Source of the DNA: Deltaproteobacteria bacterium
Lineage (GTDB): Bacteria > Myxococcota_A > UBA796 > SXON01
DNA length: 57,545 nt
NCBI GenBank assembly: GCA_016875435.1
Contig: VGRE01000001.1
Span: 1 to 57,545 of the forward strand
Reading direction: 5' to 3'
Both the position numbers and the translations under genes were made by a program. Positions 1 to 9,725 of this stretch are shown piece after piece. The notes below the pieces were generated by a model. That model was not told where the DNA came from and searched no databases. It saw only the letters and a program-made list of their open reading frames with translations. The first letter of the stretch is position 1. Each line of letters opens with the position of its first letter.

Positions 1-648
1 GCCGTTTCCGTGATCGTCCCCGGGCAAGCCGCGTGGCCGCGCCCGCTCGTGGGCCTGCCGGGGGCGCCGCTCTCGCTGTACGCGCAGGGGAACCTCGAGC
101 GCCTGCACGCGCCGATGGTGGCGCTCGTTGGGGCCCGGTCGTGCACCGGCGACGGCCGGGGGATGGCGCGGCGCCTGTCGGCGGCCGTGGCCGAGGCCGG
201 GGGCGTGGTGGTGAGCGGTCTCGCGGCGGGTATCGATGCCGAGGCCCACCTCGCGGCGCGCGGGCGCACGGTGGCTGTGCTGGGGCAGGGGCTGGGCGCG
301 CCGATGGCGCGGTGGCAGCGCGACTTGCGGTCGCAGGTGCTCGACGCCGGTGGGCTGGTGCTCAGCGAGTACGAGGGGGACACCGCTGCCTCCGCGTGGA
401 CCTTCCCTCGGCGCAATCGCATCATCGCCGGCCTGGCGCGGGCGGTGGTGGTGGTCGAGGCGGCGCGCCGGAGCGGGTCGAAGAACACCGCCGCCCACGC
501 GCTCGCCTATGGGCGCGAGGTGTACGCGGTGCCGTGGTCGCCGGGCATCCCCACGGCGGAGGGCTGTCTCGATCTCATCGAGCAGGGTGCGGGCGTGGTG
601 CGGGGCTCCGACACTGTCGCGGGGCTGGTGGGGAGCCCGCCGGGATAG
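1..648 (+). CDS. dprA: DNA processing protein DprA/Smf (5' partial, C-terminal part)
   Basis: The frame is open from base 1. Motifs GLAAGIDAEAH, FPRRNRIIAGLA and GSKNTAAHALAYGREVYAVP are typical of the DprA Rossmann-like domain. Confidence 0.85.
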   Translation, partial: AVSVIVPGQAAWPRPLVGLPGAPLSLYAQGNLERLHAPMVALVGARSCTGDGRGMARRLSAAVAEAGGVVVSGLAAGIDAEAHLAARGRTVAVLGQGLGAPMARWQRDLRSQVLDAGGLVLSEYEGDTAASAWTFPRRNRIIAGLARAVVVVEAARRSGSKNTAAHALAYGREVYAVPWSPGIPTAEGCLDLIEQGAGVVRGSDTVAGLVGSPPG

Positions 649-657
649 GCACCGCCG

Positions 658-921
658 ATGGCCCGCGCAACCTACGAGCATGTCGAGATCGAGCCCGCCG
701 CGAGCGACTTTGTCGAGCTGCTGCGCGAGCTGGGGCACCTCGACGACGCGGGCATCGAGGTGCTCACGAGCGACTTGATGCGCGCGGGGAGCAGCGGCAA
801 GCCGGTCACGCTGGCTGACGTGCGAAGGCAGGCGGCGCTCCAGCTCTTCGATCTGCGCGAGCAGATGCGGCCCGACCAGCGCGAACTGCTCGACGCCGAG
901 TGGGGCCGCCTTTTCGCCTAG
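658..921 (+). CDS. hypothetical small acidic protein (87 aa)
   Basis: ATG ORF starting 9 nt after the dprA stop. Third-position GC is strong. No family recognised. Confidence 0.4.
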   Translation: MARATYEHVEIEPAASDFVELLRELGHLDDAGIEVLTSDLMRAGSSGKPVTLADVRRQAALQLFDLREQMRPDQRELLDAEWGRLFA

Positions 922-930
922 GCTTGGCGA

Positions 931-1767
931 CTAGAGCAGCTCGGCCACGCGCTGGATGCCCCGGATGGCGCCAGTGCTACCACGGGCCGCGAGGCCGGCG
1001 ATGGCGAGTCGCGCGGCCTCGGCGATGTCGCTGGCCACCACGGCGTAGGTGACGACCTCGCCAGCCTTGCCGTCGGCAGTGACGGTGAAGGCGCTCGGCT
1101 TGCCGCCGGCGGTCACCCGTGCTGCAGCGGCGGGTGCCGACGCGGCATGCGCGCGGGCCGCCTTGGTCTCGACTCTGGCCGGGGCAGCGGGTGCGACCGG
1201 CGCGGCCTTCGCGGGCGCGTTGGGCTTGCTGGGGTTGATACCGCGGCGGGAACGGTAGGCACGCACATTCTCGGTGGTGACACCGGCCCGGGTGGCGATC
1301 TCGGCGTCGGGCAGCTTGCCGAGGAGGTGAACATAGGGATCGAGCTTGGACTTGCGACCGTGGAAGGCCTTGGCTGCCGGGGCGGCCGGCGCAGCGGCGA
1401 CCTTGGGCGCCGCCACGGGGGTCGGCTTGACGTCGGCGGCTGCAGGCTTGGAGGCCGGTGCCTTCTGCGGTGCGGCCCGCGCGGGTGTCGGCTTGGCGGG
1501 CCCGGCCTTTGCGGCCGCGGGCTTGGACGCCGGTGCCTTCGTGGACGCGGACTTGGAACCAGCGGACTTCGCGGCACTCGCCGCCTTGGCAGGCGCGGCG
1601 CCGGGCTGGAACTTGTAGCCCTCGTAGGATTTGATGCCCATCCGCTTCCGGAAGCTAACGACCGCCGTGCGCGAGACGCCCGCCTGCGCTGCGATCTCGT
1701 GGTCGGGGATTTTCCCGAGCTTGTCCTTGAACGGGGCGAGTTTCTGGTCGACGGGCGGACGCGGCAT
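931..1767 (-). CDS. hypothetical protein with two HTH-like repeats and Ala/Pro/Lys-rich linkers
   Basis: Internal duplication: KLGKIPDHEIAAQAGVSRTAVVSFRKRMGI versus LLGKLPDAEIATRAGVTTENVRAYRSRRGI. The repeats are separated by AKP-rich low-complexity stretches. Codon bias is good. Confidence 0.6.
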   Translation of the reverse strand: MPRPPVDQKLAPFKDKLGKIPDHEIAAQAGVSRTAVVSFRKRMGIKSYEGYKFQPGAAPAKAASAAKSAGSKSASTKAPASKPAAAKAGPAKPTPARAAPQKAPASKPAAADVKPTPVAAPKVAAAPAAPAAKAFHGRKSKLDPYVHLLGKLPDAEIATRAGVTTENVRAYRSRRGINPSKPNAPAKAAPVAPAAPARVETKAARAHAASAPAAAARVTAGGKPSAFTVTADGKAGEVVTYAVVASDIAEAARLAIAGLAARGSTGAIRGIQRVAELL

Positions 1768-1833
1768 TCAATCTCCACTGGGTGGGGCGGCGCGCATAAC
1801 TCGTGTCACCCGGTAGACAAGGTACACGGGTCG

Positions 1834-3801
1834 CTAGTCGCCCTGCTCCCCCGAACAGACGGCGAGCAGCGAGGTTCCCACCTCTGCCAGCAATCGAGGC
1901 TCGCGCATGTCGAAGCGATGCAGCGGGATGTCCCACGCCGCGCCGATGCCGACGACCACGAGGTCAGCACCTTTGGACGCCGCTTTGAGTGCGTCGATGC
2001 GGCCACCGTCACTCCGGCCGTCGATGACCACCAGCTCCACTCCAGGCCGGGAGGCGATGCGGTCGGCCACTCGCTTGGCGGCCTCGTCGTTGTCGCCCCC
2101 GAGTCCCAGCACCACTCGGCGCGCGCCGCGGAAGCCCGCGTCATGGAACACCAAGACATCGCAGGGCGCCGCGTGTGCCACTCCGGCCACCGGCCCGCCG
2201 AGCTGGGCCCCCCCCCAGAGCGGGCGATGCAGGCCGAGCAGGATCGCGTCCGCCCTGTTCAACCGGGAAAAGTTCTGGATCGCATCGACCACGTCGCCGG
2301 CCTGCGCGGTGACAGGCTCAAAGGTGGATCCTGCCCCTTGCGCAACCCCGGCGAGGATCTCGGCCGGGCCTTCGGCCTCGGTGGGCTCGTTGGGGAAGAG
2401 GCCAGGTTGCTCGCCCATGCTTACCAGCCGCAGCGCCCAGCCCCGGGCGGGCGGCGGGCCACAGATCGCGCCGGCCAGCCTGCCCAGCGCCGCCGCGTTG
2501 TCTGGGTGGGCCACGCAGGCCACGAGACCGTATGTCGAGGCGGCCGTCGCCCGGGTCGTCTCGGCCAGCACGCGAGCGCGGGGGTAGAGCCAGGCCACGA
2601 GCGGCGCGGTGGCGAGCGTGTTGACGATCGCCATCACCACGAACATCGCGAAGAGCGTGGGTGTCAGCAAGCCGAGGTCGAGTCCGATGGTGAGGATGAT
2701 GAGCTCCATCAATCCCCTCGTGTTCGCCAGCACGCCGAGGGTCACGCCGTCACGGAAACCAAGGCCAGCCCGCAGCGCAGGCACCAGCGCGCCGAGCCAC
2801 ATCGCCCCCGTCGAGATGGCGATGATCGCGAGCGTCCAGCTCCCCTTGCCTGCCGACATCGACGCCATCAGGTCGGTGCGCAGCCCGGTCGCCGCGAAGA
2901 ACACGGGCAGCAGGATTAGCGTCGCGATGTCCTCCACTCGCCCACGAATGGCGGCCACCGTCCGGTGTACCCGCGGCATGGCCACGCCCGCGAGGAAGGC
3001 GCCGAATAGCGCGTGGATGCCTACGTGCTCGGCCAGCAGCGCGCTCACGAACACGGCGAGGAGGAGGAGGGCGAGGCCGGTCTGCTTGAGATCGCGGAGC
3101 GTGCCGAAGCGCAGCTCGATGCGCGCCAACAAGGGGCGCACCAGCAGGATCATCGCCCCCACGTACGCGAGGGTGACGGTGACGGCACGGGTCACCCCGG
3201 TGGCCCCGGTGGCGTGCGCCGCCGACGCGGAGACGCCGAGCATGACGAAACTCGCGAGATTCTGGCCGGCGGCGGCAGTGAGCGCGATGGTGCCCACCGT
3301 GGTGGCCAGCATGCCCCTCTCGGCGAGGATGCGCGCCAGTACCGGGAAGGCGGTGACCGACATCGCGACCGCGATGAAAAAGGCGAACTGCGCGAACGGC
3401 ACGCCGGGCGGACCGAAGCCGCGGTGGAGGGCCAGCGCCAGCGCCACGCCCGCGGCGAGCGGCACCACCAGCGTGCCGATGGTGACGCTGGCCGCGAGGC
3501 GACCTTGCCTGCGGAGCACGCCCAGGTCGAGTTCGAGCCCCACGAGGAACATGAAGAGCAGGAGCCCCACCTGGCTGATGGCGTCGAGCGCCGGGAGGCT
3601 GCTCGGGGGGAATAGCACCGCGTGCCACTCCGGCCAGAAGCGCCCCAGCAGCGTCGGCCCCATCAGCATCCCCGTGACCATCTCCGCGATCACCTGGGGC
3701 TGCCCGAGCCGCCGGAAAAGCGAGCCCACCACGCGGGCGGCACCGAGGATCAACACCAGTTGAACGAGGAGGCGCGTACTGGGGGAGAGAACGTCGTCCA
3801 C
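1834..3801 (-). CDS. cation:proton antiporter (CPA2/Kef-type) with C-terminal USP-like cytoplasmic domain
   Basis: The N-terminus LLVQLVLILGAARVVGSLFRRLGQPQVIAEMVTGMLMGP is the classical Na_H_Exchanger start. It is followed by many TM segments and then a soluble tail of about 230 aa. Confidence 0.85.
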   Translation of the reverse strand: MDDVLSPSTRLLVQLVLILGAARVVGSLFRRLGQPQVIAEMVTGMLMGPTLLGRFWPEWHAVLFPPSSLPALDAISQVGLLLFMFLVGLELDLGVLRRQGRLAASVTIGTLVVPLAAGVALALALHRGFGPPGVPFAQFAFFIAVAMSVTAFPVLARILAERGMLATTVGTIALTAAAGQNLASFVMLGVSASAAHATGATGVTRAVTVTLAYVGAMILLVRPLLARIELRFGTLRDLKQTGLALLLLAVFVSALLAEHVGIHALFGAFLAGVAMPRVHRTVAAIRGRVEDIATLILLPVFFAATGLRTDLMASMSAGKGSWTLAIIAISTGAMWLGALVPALRAGLGFRDGVTLGVLANTRGLMELIILTIGLDLGLLTPTLFAMFVVMAIVNTLATAPLVAWLYPRARVLAETTRATAASTYGLVACVAHPDNAAALGRLAGAICGPPPARGWALRLVSMGEQPGLFPNEPTEAEGPAEILAGVAQGAGSTFEPVTAQAGDVVDAIQNFSRLNRADAILLGLHRPLWGGAQLGGPVAGVAHAAPCDVLVFHDAGFRGARRVVLGLGGDNDEAAKRVADRIASRPGVELVVIDGRSDGGRIDALKAASKGADLVVVGIGAAWDIPLHRFDMREPRLLAEVGTSLLAVCSGEQGD

Positions 3802-4067
3802 GGCCGCTGGATAACCCCTGTTCGCGGAGTCTAACGGACGAGTTGCAGGAGACGGATGGTTGCTTCCTACTCCGGGTCGATGGCCCCCGCGCGCGCGAAC
3901 GCATTCCGCCGCGCCCCCGAGGAGGCGCCCTCGCCCCCAAACTCGATGGCGGTCTCTGCCACGCGCTCACCGTGTGCCGAATCGGGATGGCGTTGACAAG
4001 CAGCCAGCGGTGGCCACCTGGCGACATCGTGCTTGTAAAACAGCACCCTGGCTGGCATTCTCGCGGA

Positions 4068-4451
4068 ATGCTACCCCTCGTCTCCCTTCTCCTCGTCGCC
4101 TGCCCCGGCTTCGGCTCGCAGGCGATAGGCGGCGGAAACACCGAAGTGCCAGATGCTCCGACCTACATCGAGCACGCGGGCCCGATCCTCGACCGCTACT
4201 GCGCGCCTTGCCACGGCGAGACCGCCAGCGGTGGCGCTCCGGACTACTTCCGGCTCGATGCCTACGAGAATGATGGCAGTCGCGACGGCGCCTCCGAGAT
4301 GGCAGACCGCATCGAGGCGCGCGCCACAGGAGACAGCCCCACGATGCCACCCGCCTACGCCACCCAGCCGACCGACATCGACCGCGAGATCCTCGCGGCA
4401 TGGGTCGCGGACGGCGCCCCGTACGGCGCCGACACGGGGGGTGCCGAGTGA
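4068..4451 (+). CDS. lipoprotein with single c-type heme motif (planctomycete cytochrome C / PSCyt1-like)
   Basis: I chose the internal ATG at 4068, which gives MLPLVSLLLVAC (a lipobox). GPILDRYCAPCHGE...YFRLD resembles the PSCyt1 CxxCH domain. The upstream part of the 202-aa ORF looks non-coding. Confidence 0.6.
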   Translation: MLPLVSLLLVACPGFGSQAIGGGNTEVPDAPTYIEHAGPILDRYCAPCHGETASGGAPDYFRLDAYENDGSRDGASEMADRIEARATGDSPTMPPAYATQPTDIDREILAAWVADGAPYGADTGGAE

Positions 4452-5785
4452 AGCGCTACCTCCTGCCGGCCCTCGCGGCGGCGCTGGTGTTCGCCGGCCT
4501 CGCGCGACGCACGGAGGCCCAGCCGGGCTACGCGCTTCGTAGCGCCAACGACTGCGGAACCTGCCACGTGGAGCCCACCGACTGGGCCAACCCCGAGGTC
4601 AAGGACCGCCTCTGCTCGCTCAACTGCACCACGTGTCACATCAGCCCGGCCGGGGGTGGCCTCCGCACGCCATCCGGCCTGTACTATGGGCGCGAGTCGG
4701 TGCCCTGGTTCGGCCACCGTCCCTCGGCGCACGCCGCGCCCCGCGAGAACCCGACCGACGGCCAGTACGACTTTCTAAAGGGATTCTCGGGCTGGGCGCC
4801 CGGCCAGACCCCTTCCGGCTCGGTGGCCGATCGCTACGGCAACATCGATCCCGACCCCAAGTTCGTCGCGGGCGCCGACCTGCGCGCCATGGCCTACTTC
4901 CCTCTGGCGGAAGGCGACTACGCCTCGGTCTTCCCGATGCAGGCCGACCTCTACGGTGCGGCTCGGCTGTCGCGACACCTCCAACTGTATGCCGACGTGG
5001 GCCTCTACAGCAGTCGCTCCACCTTCGCGCTCGACGAGGCCTACCGGTCAACCCGCCCCTCGGCGCTTGACTACCTGAAGATCGACGAGCTGTTCGTGAA
5101 GTACGACCGGCTCCCGTACAACGGCTATGTGCGCGCCGGTCGCCTCGCGCCCACCTACGGCTGGCGCATCCCCGATCACACGAGCTTCATCCGTCGCGAC
5201 CTCGGCTTCGGGGAAACTAGGTCCTGGTTCGGCGTCGAGGCTGGGATCAATCCCAACTACCCCTACGCGAACCTCGCGCTCTTCTACCAGGGCCTCGACT
5301 TCTGGCCGGGCGAGACCAGCGCGACGGGCGTCGGCGCGGCGGCGAGCGCGGGCGTGCGGGAGCTCGGCTGGCAGGCGGGGGGCAACGTGCACGTGCTGAC
5401 GCTCGCCGACGGCGGGCTCGACGTGGCCGCGGGGCCGCAGTGGGGGATCAACTGGAACCCGGTGGTCTACCTCGGCGAGTTCGACTACCGGCGGCTCGGC
5501 GACGGCGAGGGCGACGCGACGAGCGCCCTCTTCGCCTACCACGAGGTGCAATGGCTCTTCCACCGGGGCCTTGCCGCCAAACTGAAGTACGACTGGATGG
5601 ACCCCTCCCTGGACTACAAGGACGACCACCTCAACCGCGTGGCGCTGGGCCTCGACATCGCGCCCTACACCTCCTTCGAGCTGGAGCCGCAGTACCGCCG
5701 CACATGGCGCGGCGGCGGCTTCTTCGCCAGCGGCGGCGAGCTCGCCAGCCACGAGGTGATCGTGATGGCGCACGGCTGGTTCTAG
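4448..5785 (+). CDS. secreted protein: N-terminal di-heme (2x CxxCH) segment fused to a predicted outer-membrane beta-barrel
   Basis: GTG at 4448 overlaps the upstream stop (GTGA). Signal peptide KRYLLPALAAALVFAG. Heme motifs CGTCH and CTTCH. The long C-terminal part has alternating-residue strands and ends in HGWF, a C-terminal aromatic as in OMPs. Confidence 0.6.
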   Translation: MKRYLLPALAAALVFAGLARRTEAQPGYALRSANDCGTCHVEPTDWANPEVKDRLCSLNCTTCHISPAGGGLRTPSGLYYGRESVPWFGHRPSAHAAPRENPTDGQYDFLKGFSGWAPGQTPSGSVADRYGNIDPDPKFVAGADLRAMAYFPLAEGDYASVFPMQADLYGAARLSRHLQLYADVGLYSSRSTFALDEAYRSTRPSALDYLKIDELFVKYDRLPYNGYVRAGRLAPTYGWRIPDHTSFIRRDLGFGETRSWFGVEAGINPNYPYANLALFYQGLDFWPGETSATGVGAAASAGVRELGWQAGGNVHVLTLADGGLDVAAGPQWGINWNPVVYLGEFDYRRLGDGEGDATSALFAYHEVQWLFHRGLAAKLKYDWMDPSLDYKDDHLNRVALGLDIAPYTSFELEPQYRRTWRGGGFFASGGELASHEVIVMAHGWF

Positions 5786-5947
5786 GCAGGCTGTAGGAGG
5801 TAGGCTCTAGGCGTTAGGGCCTCGGTCGGGGTGGTGGAGAGGCCATCGCCTTGCCTTCGGCCACGCCAGGAGTTGCGCGGGGGGTGCCGGGGCGGGCGGC
5901 ACCATCATGAACCCACCTGCCGCCTAAGCCCTGCAGCCTACAGTCTC

Positions 5948-8422
5948 TCAGGCCACCGACCTCGGTCGCAGGCTCGTCGACAGGTCGATTCCGGATCGCG
6001 CGAGCGTGGCCACCTGCTCGGCGGTCACCGGCTTGCAGAGGCCGAAGCCCTGGCCGATGTCACAGCCCTCGTGAGCAAGCATCGCGAGCTGCTCGCCGTT
6101 CTCCACGCCCTCGGCCACGACCTCCAGCCGGATGGCGTGGGCGAGCTGGATGATGGCGGACACGAGCGCCCGCTGCTCGCCGTCGCGGGTGGCATCGGCA
6201 AGGAAAGCGCGGTCGATCTTCAGGCGGTCGATGGGGAACTGTCTCAGGTAAGCGAGCGAGGAGTAGCCGGTGCCGAAGTCGTCGAGTGCCACCGTCACGC
6301 CGCGCGTGCGCAGGTCGGCCAGCACGGTGCGGGCCACGTCGGGGTTCTTCATCGCCAGCGACTCGGTGATCTCCACCTCGAGCAGACGGGGCTCGAGACC
6401 ACTCTGCGCGAGCGCGAGGTCGACGGCCTGCTGCACGCCGCCGTTGAGGAACTGTCGCGCCGAGAGGTTCACCGCCATGCGCAGCGGCGGGAGTCCTTCC
6501 TGCTGCCACGCCTTGCCCTGGCGGCAGGCCTCGCGCAACACCCAGGCCCCGATGGGCGCAATGAGGCCGGTCTGCTCGGCCACGGGGATGAACTCCATCG
6601 GCGGCACCATCACGCCGTCCCGTTGCCAGCGGATGAGGGCCTCGACGCCGACGATCCGGCCGCTCGCGAGGTCGACTTGCGGCTGGTAGTGCAGCAGGAA
6701 CTCGTTCCGGTCGAGCGCGTGGGCGAGCCGGGCGCGGGTATCGACGAGACGCGCGGTGTTGGCGGCGATCTGCGCGTTGTAGAGTTGGTACCCGTCGCGA
6801 CCGGCTTCCTTCGCCTGGTACATCGCCATGTCGGCGCGCTTGACGAGCTCGCCGGCGTCGTGACCGTCGTCCGGGTAAACGGCCACGCCCACGCTGGCGG
6901 TGAGGTGCAGCTCACGCCCGTCAAGGTTGAACGGGCGCCGCATCAGGGCGAGGAGCCGCTCGGCGAGGGCGCCCGCCTCGGGGCGCTCCCCGAGACTGGG
7001 CATCAGCACGAGGAACTCGTCGCCGCCTTGGCGAGCAACCACGTCGCCCCCGCGCAGTCCCTCGCGTAGCCGCAGGGCCACGTCGACGAGGAGCCGGTCG
7101 GCGAGGTCGTGGCCGAAGGTGTCGTTGATCTCCTTGAACTGGTCGATGTCCACGAAGGCCACGCCCAGGACGTCGCCGCGGCCGTCGGCGGTCTGCAGGG
7201 CCTCGCGAAGGCGGTCCTGAAACAGCGCCCGGTTGGGCAGGCCGGTGAGGCCGTCGTGCCAGGCCAGGTGGCGCGTCCGCGCTTCCTCGGCGTGCCGCGC
7301 GCTCACGTCGCGGACGAAGACGCAGAGCACGTCGTCGTCGCGCCATGTCATGCGCGATGCCAGCACGTCGAGGTACACCACCCTGCCCTCGCCCCCCGGG
7401 CGATAGGGCAGTTCGCCAATCTGCGTGCGGTCGCGACCGAGAAGGCCCCGGAGGGCAATCGTGGCGGCAGGCGACAGGGGGAGCACCTCGGGCAACGTGA
7501 GACTTCGAAGCTCCGTGCCAGACCGTGCCAGCAACCTGAGCACGGCCGCGTTGGCCTGCCGGACCTTCAAGGTGTCGAGCTCAACCAGCAGCAGCCCTTC
7601 CCCCGAATTCTCCACGAACTCCGAGTACAGGCGGTCGCTCTCCCGGTCGACCATCACCGGCACCAGGCGCAGCGCGAGGAGCCCCAGTGCCGCCGAGACC
7701 ACGGCGTAGCCGACGATGAGCATGTGAAAGAGCTGCGTCGCGGCGGCGTTCATCGTCCTCGGGGCGCGAGCTTCCAGCATCATGGGCTGGCCGCCGCGCG
7801 AGAGGATCGTGCGGGTGGTCTGGAGGTTCCCATCGTCGCCCAGGCTCACCTGGCTGCCGCTCGGGTCGCTCGCCGCGCCGGTGAGCAGGCGAAGGGACAA
7901 CCCAAGGGGCTGCCCCCATTCCTCCAGGCGAGCCGCGCTGATGATCTGCCCCGCCACGAGGCTGCCGCTCGCGCCGTCGTCGTGAGCACGCAGCGGTCTT
8001 GTCGTCAGGTAGACGGGGTCTGGTCCCTGGAGATCGATCGTGCCATCCACCTCGGACGGAACGGCCAGCGCTCGCTCGGCGGCGCCGTCGTAGCCCGGGG
8101 GCTGCTCTCGGTGGCGCACCAGCCCGTTCCCGTCGACAATCACGAGGAGATCGACGCCGTCGGGGGTCACGAACGACTGAACGATGCCGTGACTCGCGAG
8201 CCGGTCGGCCTGCCGCTCGAACGCGGCAAGGCGCAACTCCACCAGGGAGGCGGCGCGGTCGGCGCGTTGTATCGCGCCGGCCCGCTCGAGTTGCGCGGAG
8301 GCGCCGTACACGACGACGTGGAACAGCGCCCAGGCCAGCGCGACGCTCCCGATCCACGTGCTCGCGACGAAGAGCGCGACGGATCGCCGCGGCGTCCAGG
8401 GTTGCGGGTCGTGGAGGCCCAT
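5948..8422 (-). CDS. membrane sensor diguanylate cyclase/phosphodiesterase (periplasmic domain-PAS-GGDEF-EAL)
   Basis: GGDEFLVL active-site motif, EALIRWQ and DDFGTGYSSL EAL motifs, and an N-terminal TM plus a second TM segment. Confidence 0.9.
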   Translation of the reverse strand: MGLHDPQPWTPRRSVALFVASTWIGSVALAWALFHVVVYGASAQLERAGAIQRADRAASLVELRLAAFERQADRLASHGIVQSFVTPDGVDLLVIVDGNGLVRHREQPPGYDGAAERALAVPSEVDGTIDLQGPDPVYLTTRPLRAHDDGASGSLVAGQIISAARLEEWGQPLGLSLRLLTGAASDPSGSQVSLGDDGNLQTTRTILSRGGQPMMLEARAPRTMNAAATQLFHMLIVGYAVVSAALGLLALRLVPVMVDRESDRLYSEFVENSGEGLLLVELDTLKVRQANAAVLRLLARSGTELRSLTLPEVLPLSPAATIALRGLLGRDRTQIGELPYRPGGEGRVVYLDVLASRMTWRDDDVLCVFVRDVSARHAEEARTRHLAWHDGLTGLPNRALFQDRLREALQTADGRGDVLGVAFVDIDQFKEINDTFGHDLADRLLVDVALRLREGLRGGDVVARQGGDEFLVLMPSLGERPEAGALAERLLALMRRPFNLDGRELHLTASVGVAVYPDDGHDAGELVKRADMAMYQAKEAGRDGYQLYNAQIAANTARLVDTRARLAHALDRNEFLLHYQPQVDLASGRIVGVEALIRWQRDGVMVPPMEFIPVAEQTGLIAPIGAWVLREACRQGKAWQQEGLPPLRMAVNLSARQFLNGGVQQAVDLALAQSGLEPRLLEVEITESLAMKNPDVARTVLADLRTRGVTVALDDFGTGYSSLAYLRQFPIDRLKIDRAFLADATRDGEQRALVSAIIQLAHAIRLEVVAEGVENGEQLAMLAHEGCDIGQGFGLCKPVTAEQVATLARSGIDLSTSLRPRSVA

Positions 8423-8497
8423 GACGGTCGCTTCGGCTGCTCTTCGTTAGACTTGAGCGGCCGGGAGACATCTTCCCTGACTAGTTTCGCCGACGCG

Positions 8498-8794
8498 GTG
8501 CTGCGCGTGTTGAAGCCTCGGAACGTCCGTGAGCGGCTCCGGGCCCGCTTGCTGGGCGGCTGGACGGTCGTGCAAGTGCTCGAGCGGCTCGAGGCGGGCG
8601 ACTGGGCGTTGGACGGGCCCGGCGACGCGGCCGAGCAGGCGCTGGCCTACCGCCGCCGCGCCGAGGCGGTCCGCGCCGAGCTCCTGGCGCTCGCGGCTGC
8701 TGGCCGAGTGTGCCGGGGGACCACCACGATGGGGGCCACCCTCAAGAGCAAGGGCGAGCGCAAGATCATCGTCGACGTCTTCAGGCTCGCCTAG
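8498..8794 (+). CDS. hypothetical protein (about 98 aa), start uncertain
   Basis: This is the only coding-like tail of the 561-aa shadow ORF after the GGDEF/EAL gene ends. It converges with rfbB and overlaps it by 14 nt. No family recognised. Confidence 0.3.
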   Translation: MLRVLKPRNVRERLRARLLGGWTVVQVLERLEAGDWALDGPGDAAEQALAYRRRAEAVRAELLALAAAGRVCRGTTTMGATLKSKGERKIIVDVFRLA

Positions 8795-9701
8795 CTTCCT
8801 CCAATAGGTGCGGGAGCGCTGACGCCAGCGTGATCGTGGGCGAGTAGCCCAGTCGCACCAGGCGCGACCCATCCATGGCGTAGCGCCGGTCGTGCCCGGG
8901 ACGGTCGGGCACTGAGATGATCGCGTCGTCGCCGCGCCCGCTGAGGCGGCAGATTGCCTCGGCCACGCTGCGATTGGTCCTCGGCCCCTCGCCGGGCAGG
9001 TTGTAGGCGGTCCCCGGGGCGCCGCGCGTGGCCACCAGCATGCAGGCGCGGGCCACGTCGTCTGCGGACACCCAGTCGCGACAGTGAAGGCCGTCGCCGT
9101 AGAGCGGCAGGGGCTCCCCGCGCGCCGCCGCCCGGCAGAGGACGGGGAGAAGCTTCTCGGTGAACTGGCCGCTTCCAAAGCCATTGGCCGGGCGGAGGAT
9201 CACCGCGTCGAGCCCGTGGGTGCGGGCGGCTGCGGCCACGAGGTGCTCGGCGCCCGCCTTGCTCGCGGCGTAGGGCGACCCGGGACGAAAGGCCGCCGAC
9301 TCGTCGGCGAAACCCTCGGCGATGCTCCCGTACACCTCGTCCGTCGACACGTGCAGGAAACGCCCCACCCCGCGCTCCCGAGCCACGTCGAGCATCACCT
9401 GGGTGCCCACCACGTTGCTGCGCACGAAGGCGGCCGGGGCGGCAATGCTGCGGTCGACGTGAGTCTCGGCCGCCATGTGCACCACGAGATCCACAGCGCC
9501 GAGACGCTCGAAGGCGGCGCGCACGGCCAGGGGATCGGCCACGTCGCCCACGTGCAGCGGCGTGTCGCCCAGCCGACTCGCGTCGGCGGCGTAGGTGAGC
9601 GCGTCGAGCACGAGCAAGCGGTCGCCTGGGCGCGCGCGACGCCAGTGGGCCACCAGGTGGTGACCGAGGAAACCCGCGCCGCCGGTGACGAGGACGTTCA
9701 T
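8781..9701 (-). CDS. rfbB: dTDP-glucose 4,6-dehydratase
   Basis: VTGGAGFLG, AAETHVDRSI, STDEVYG, PYAASKAGAEHLV and DRPGHDRRYAMD are the canonical RmlB/SDR-extended motifs. Confidence 0.9.
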   Translation of the reverse strand: MNVLVTGGAGFLGHHLVAHWRRARPGDRLLVLDALTYAADASRLGDTPLHVGDVADPLAVRAAFERLGAVDLVVHMAAETHVDRSIAAPAAFVRSNVVGTQVMLDVARERGVGRFLHVSTDEVYGSIAEGFADESAAFRPGSPYAASKAGAEHLVAAAARTHGLDAVILRPANGFGSGQFTEKLLPVLCRAAARGEPLPLYGDGLHCRDWVSADDVARACMLVATRGAPGTAYNLPGEGPRTNRSVAEAICRLSGRGDDAIISVPDRPGHDRRYAMDGSRLVRLGYSPTITLASALPHLLEEARRA

Positions 9702-9725
9702 GCCGACCCTGCTACTCTACGCGGA

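Noticed and set aside
1147-2919. 590-aa + strand ORF, and similar long ORFs (2750-4141 -, 2609-3763 +), overlapping the antiporter and HTH-repeat genes
   Set aside because: The translations are Arg/Gly/Pro/His-rich nonsense with no motifs. They are antisense or out-of-frame shadows of clearly recognisable genes, as expected in very GC-rich DNA.
5797-5945. Short inverted match (CTGTAGG ... CCTACAG) flanking the convergent intergenic region after the beta-barrel gene
   Set aside because: Only about 7 nt match and the arms are about 130 nt apart. This is too weak to call a terminator or a mobile-element end.
9084-9725. Long N-terminal extension of the RmlA-like ORF (453 aa)
   Set aside because: It is antisense to rfbB. 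The nucleotidyltransferase signature starts right after the internal ATG at 9726.
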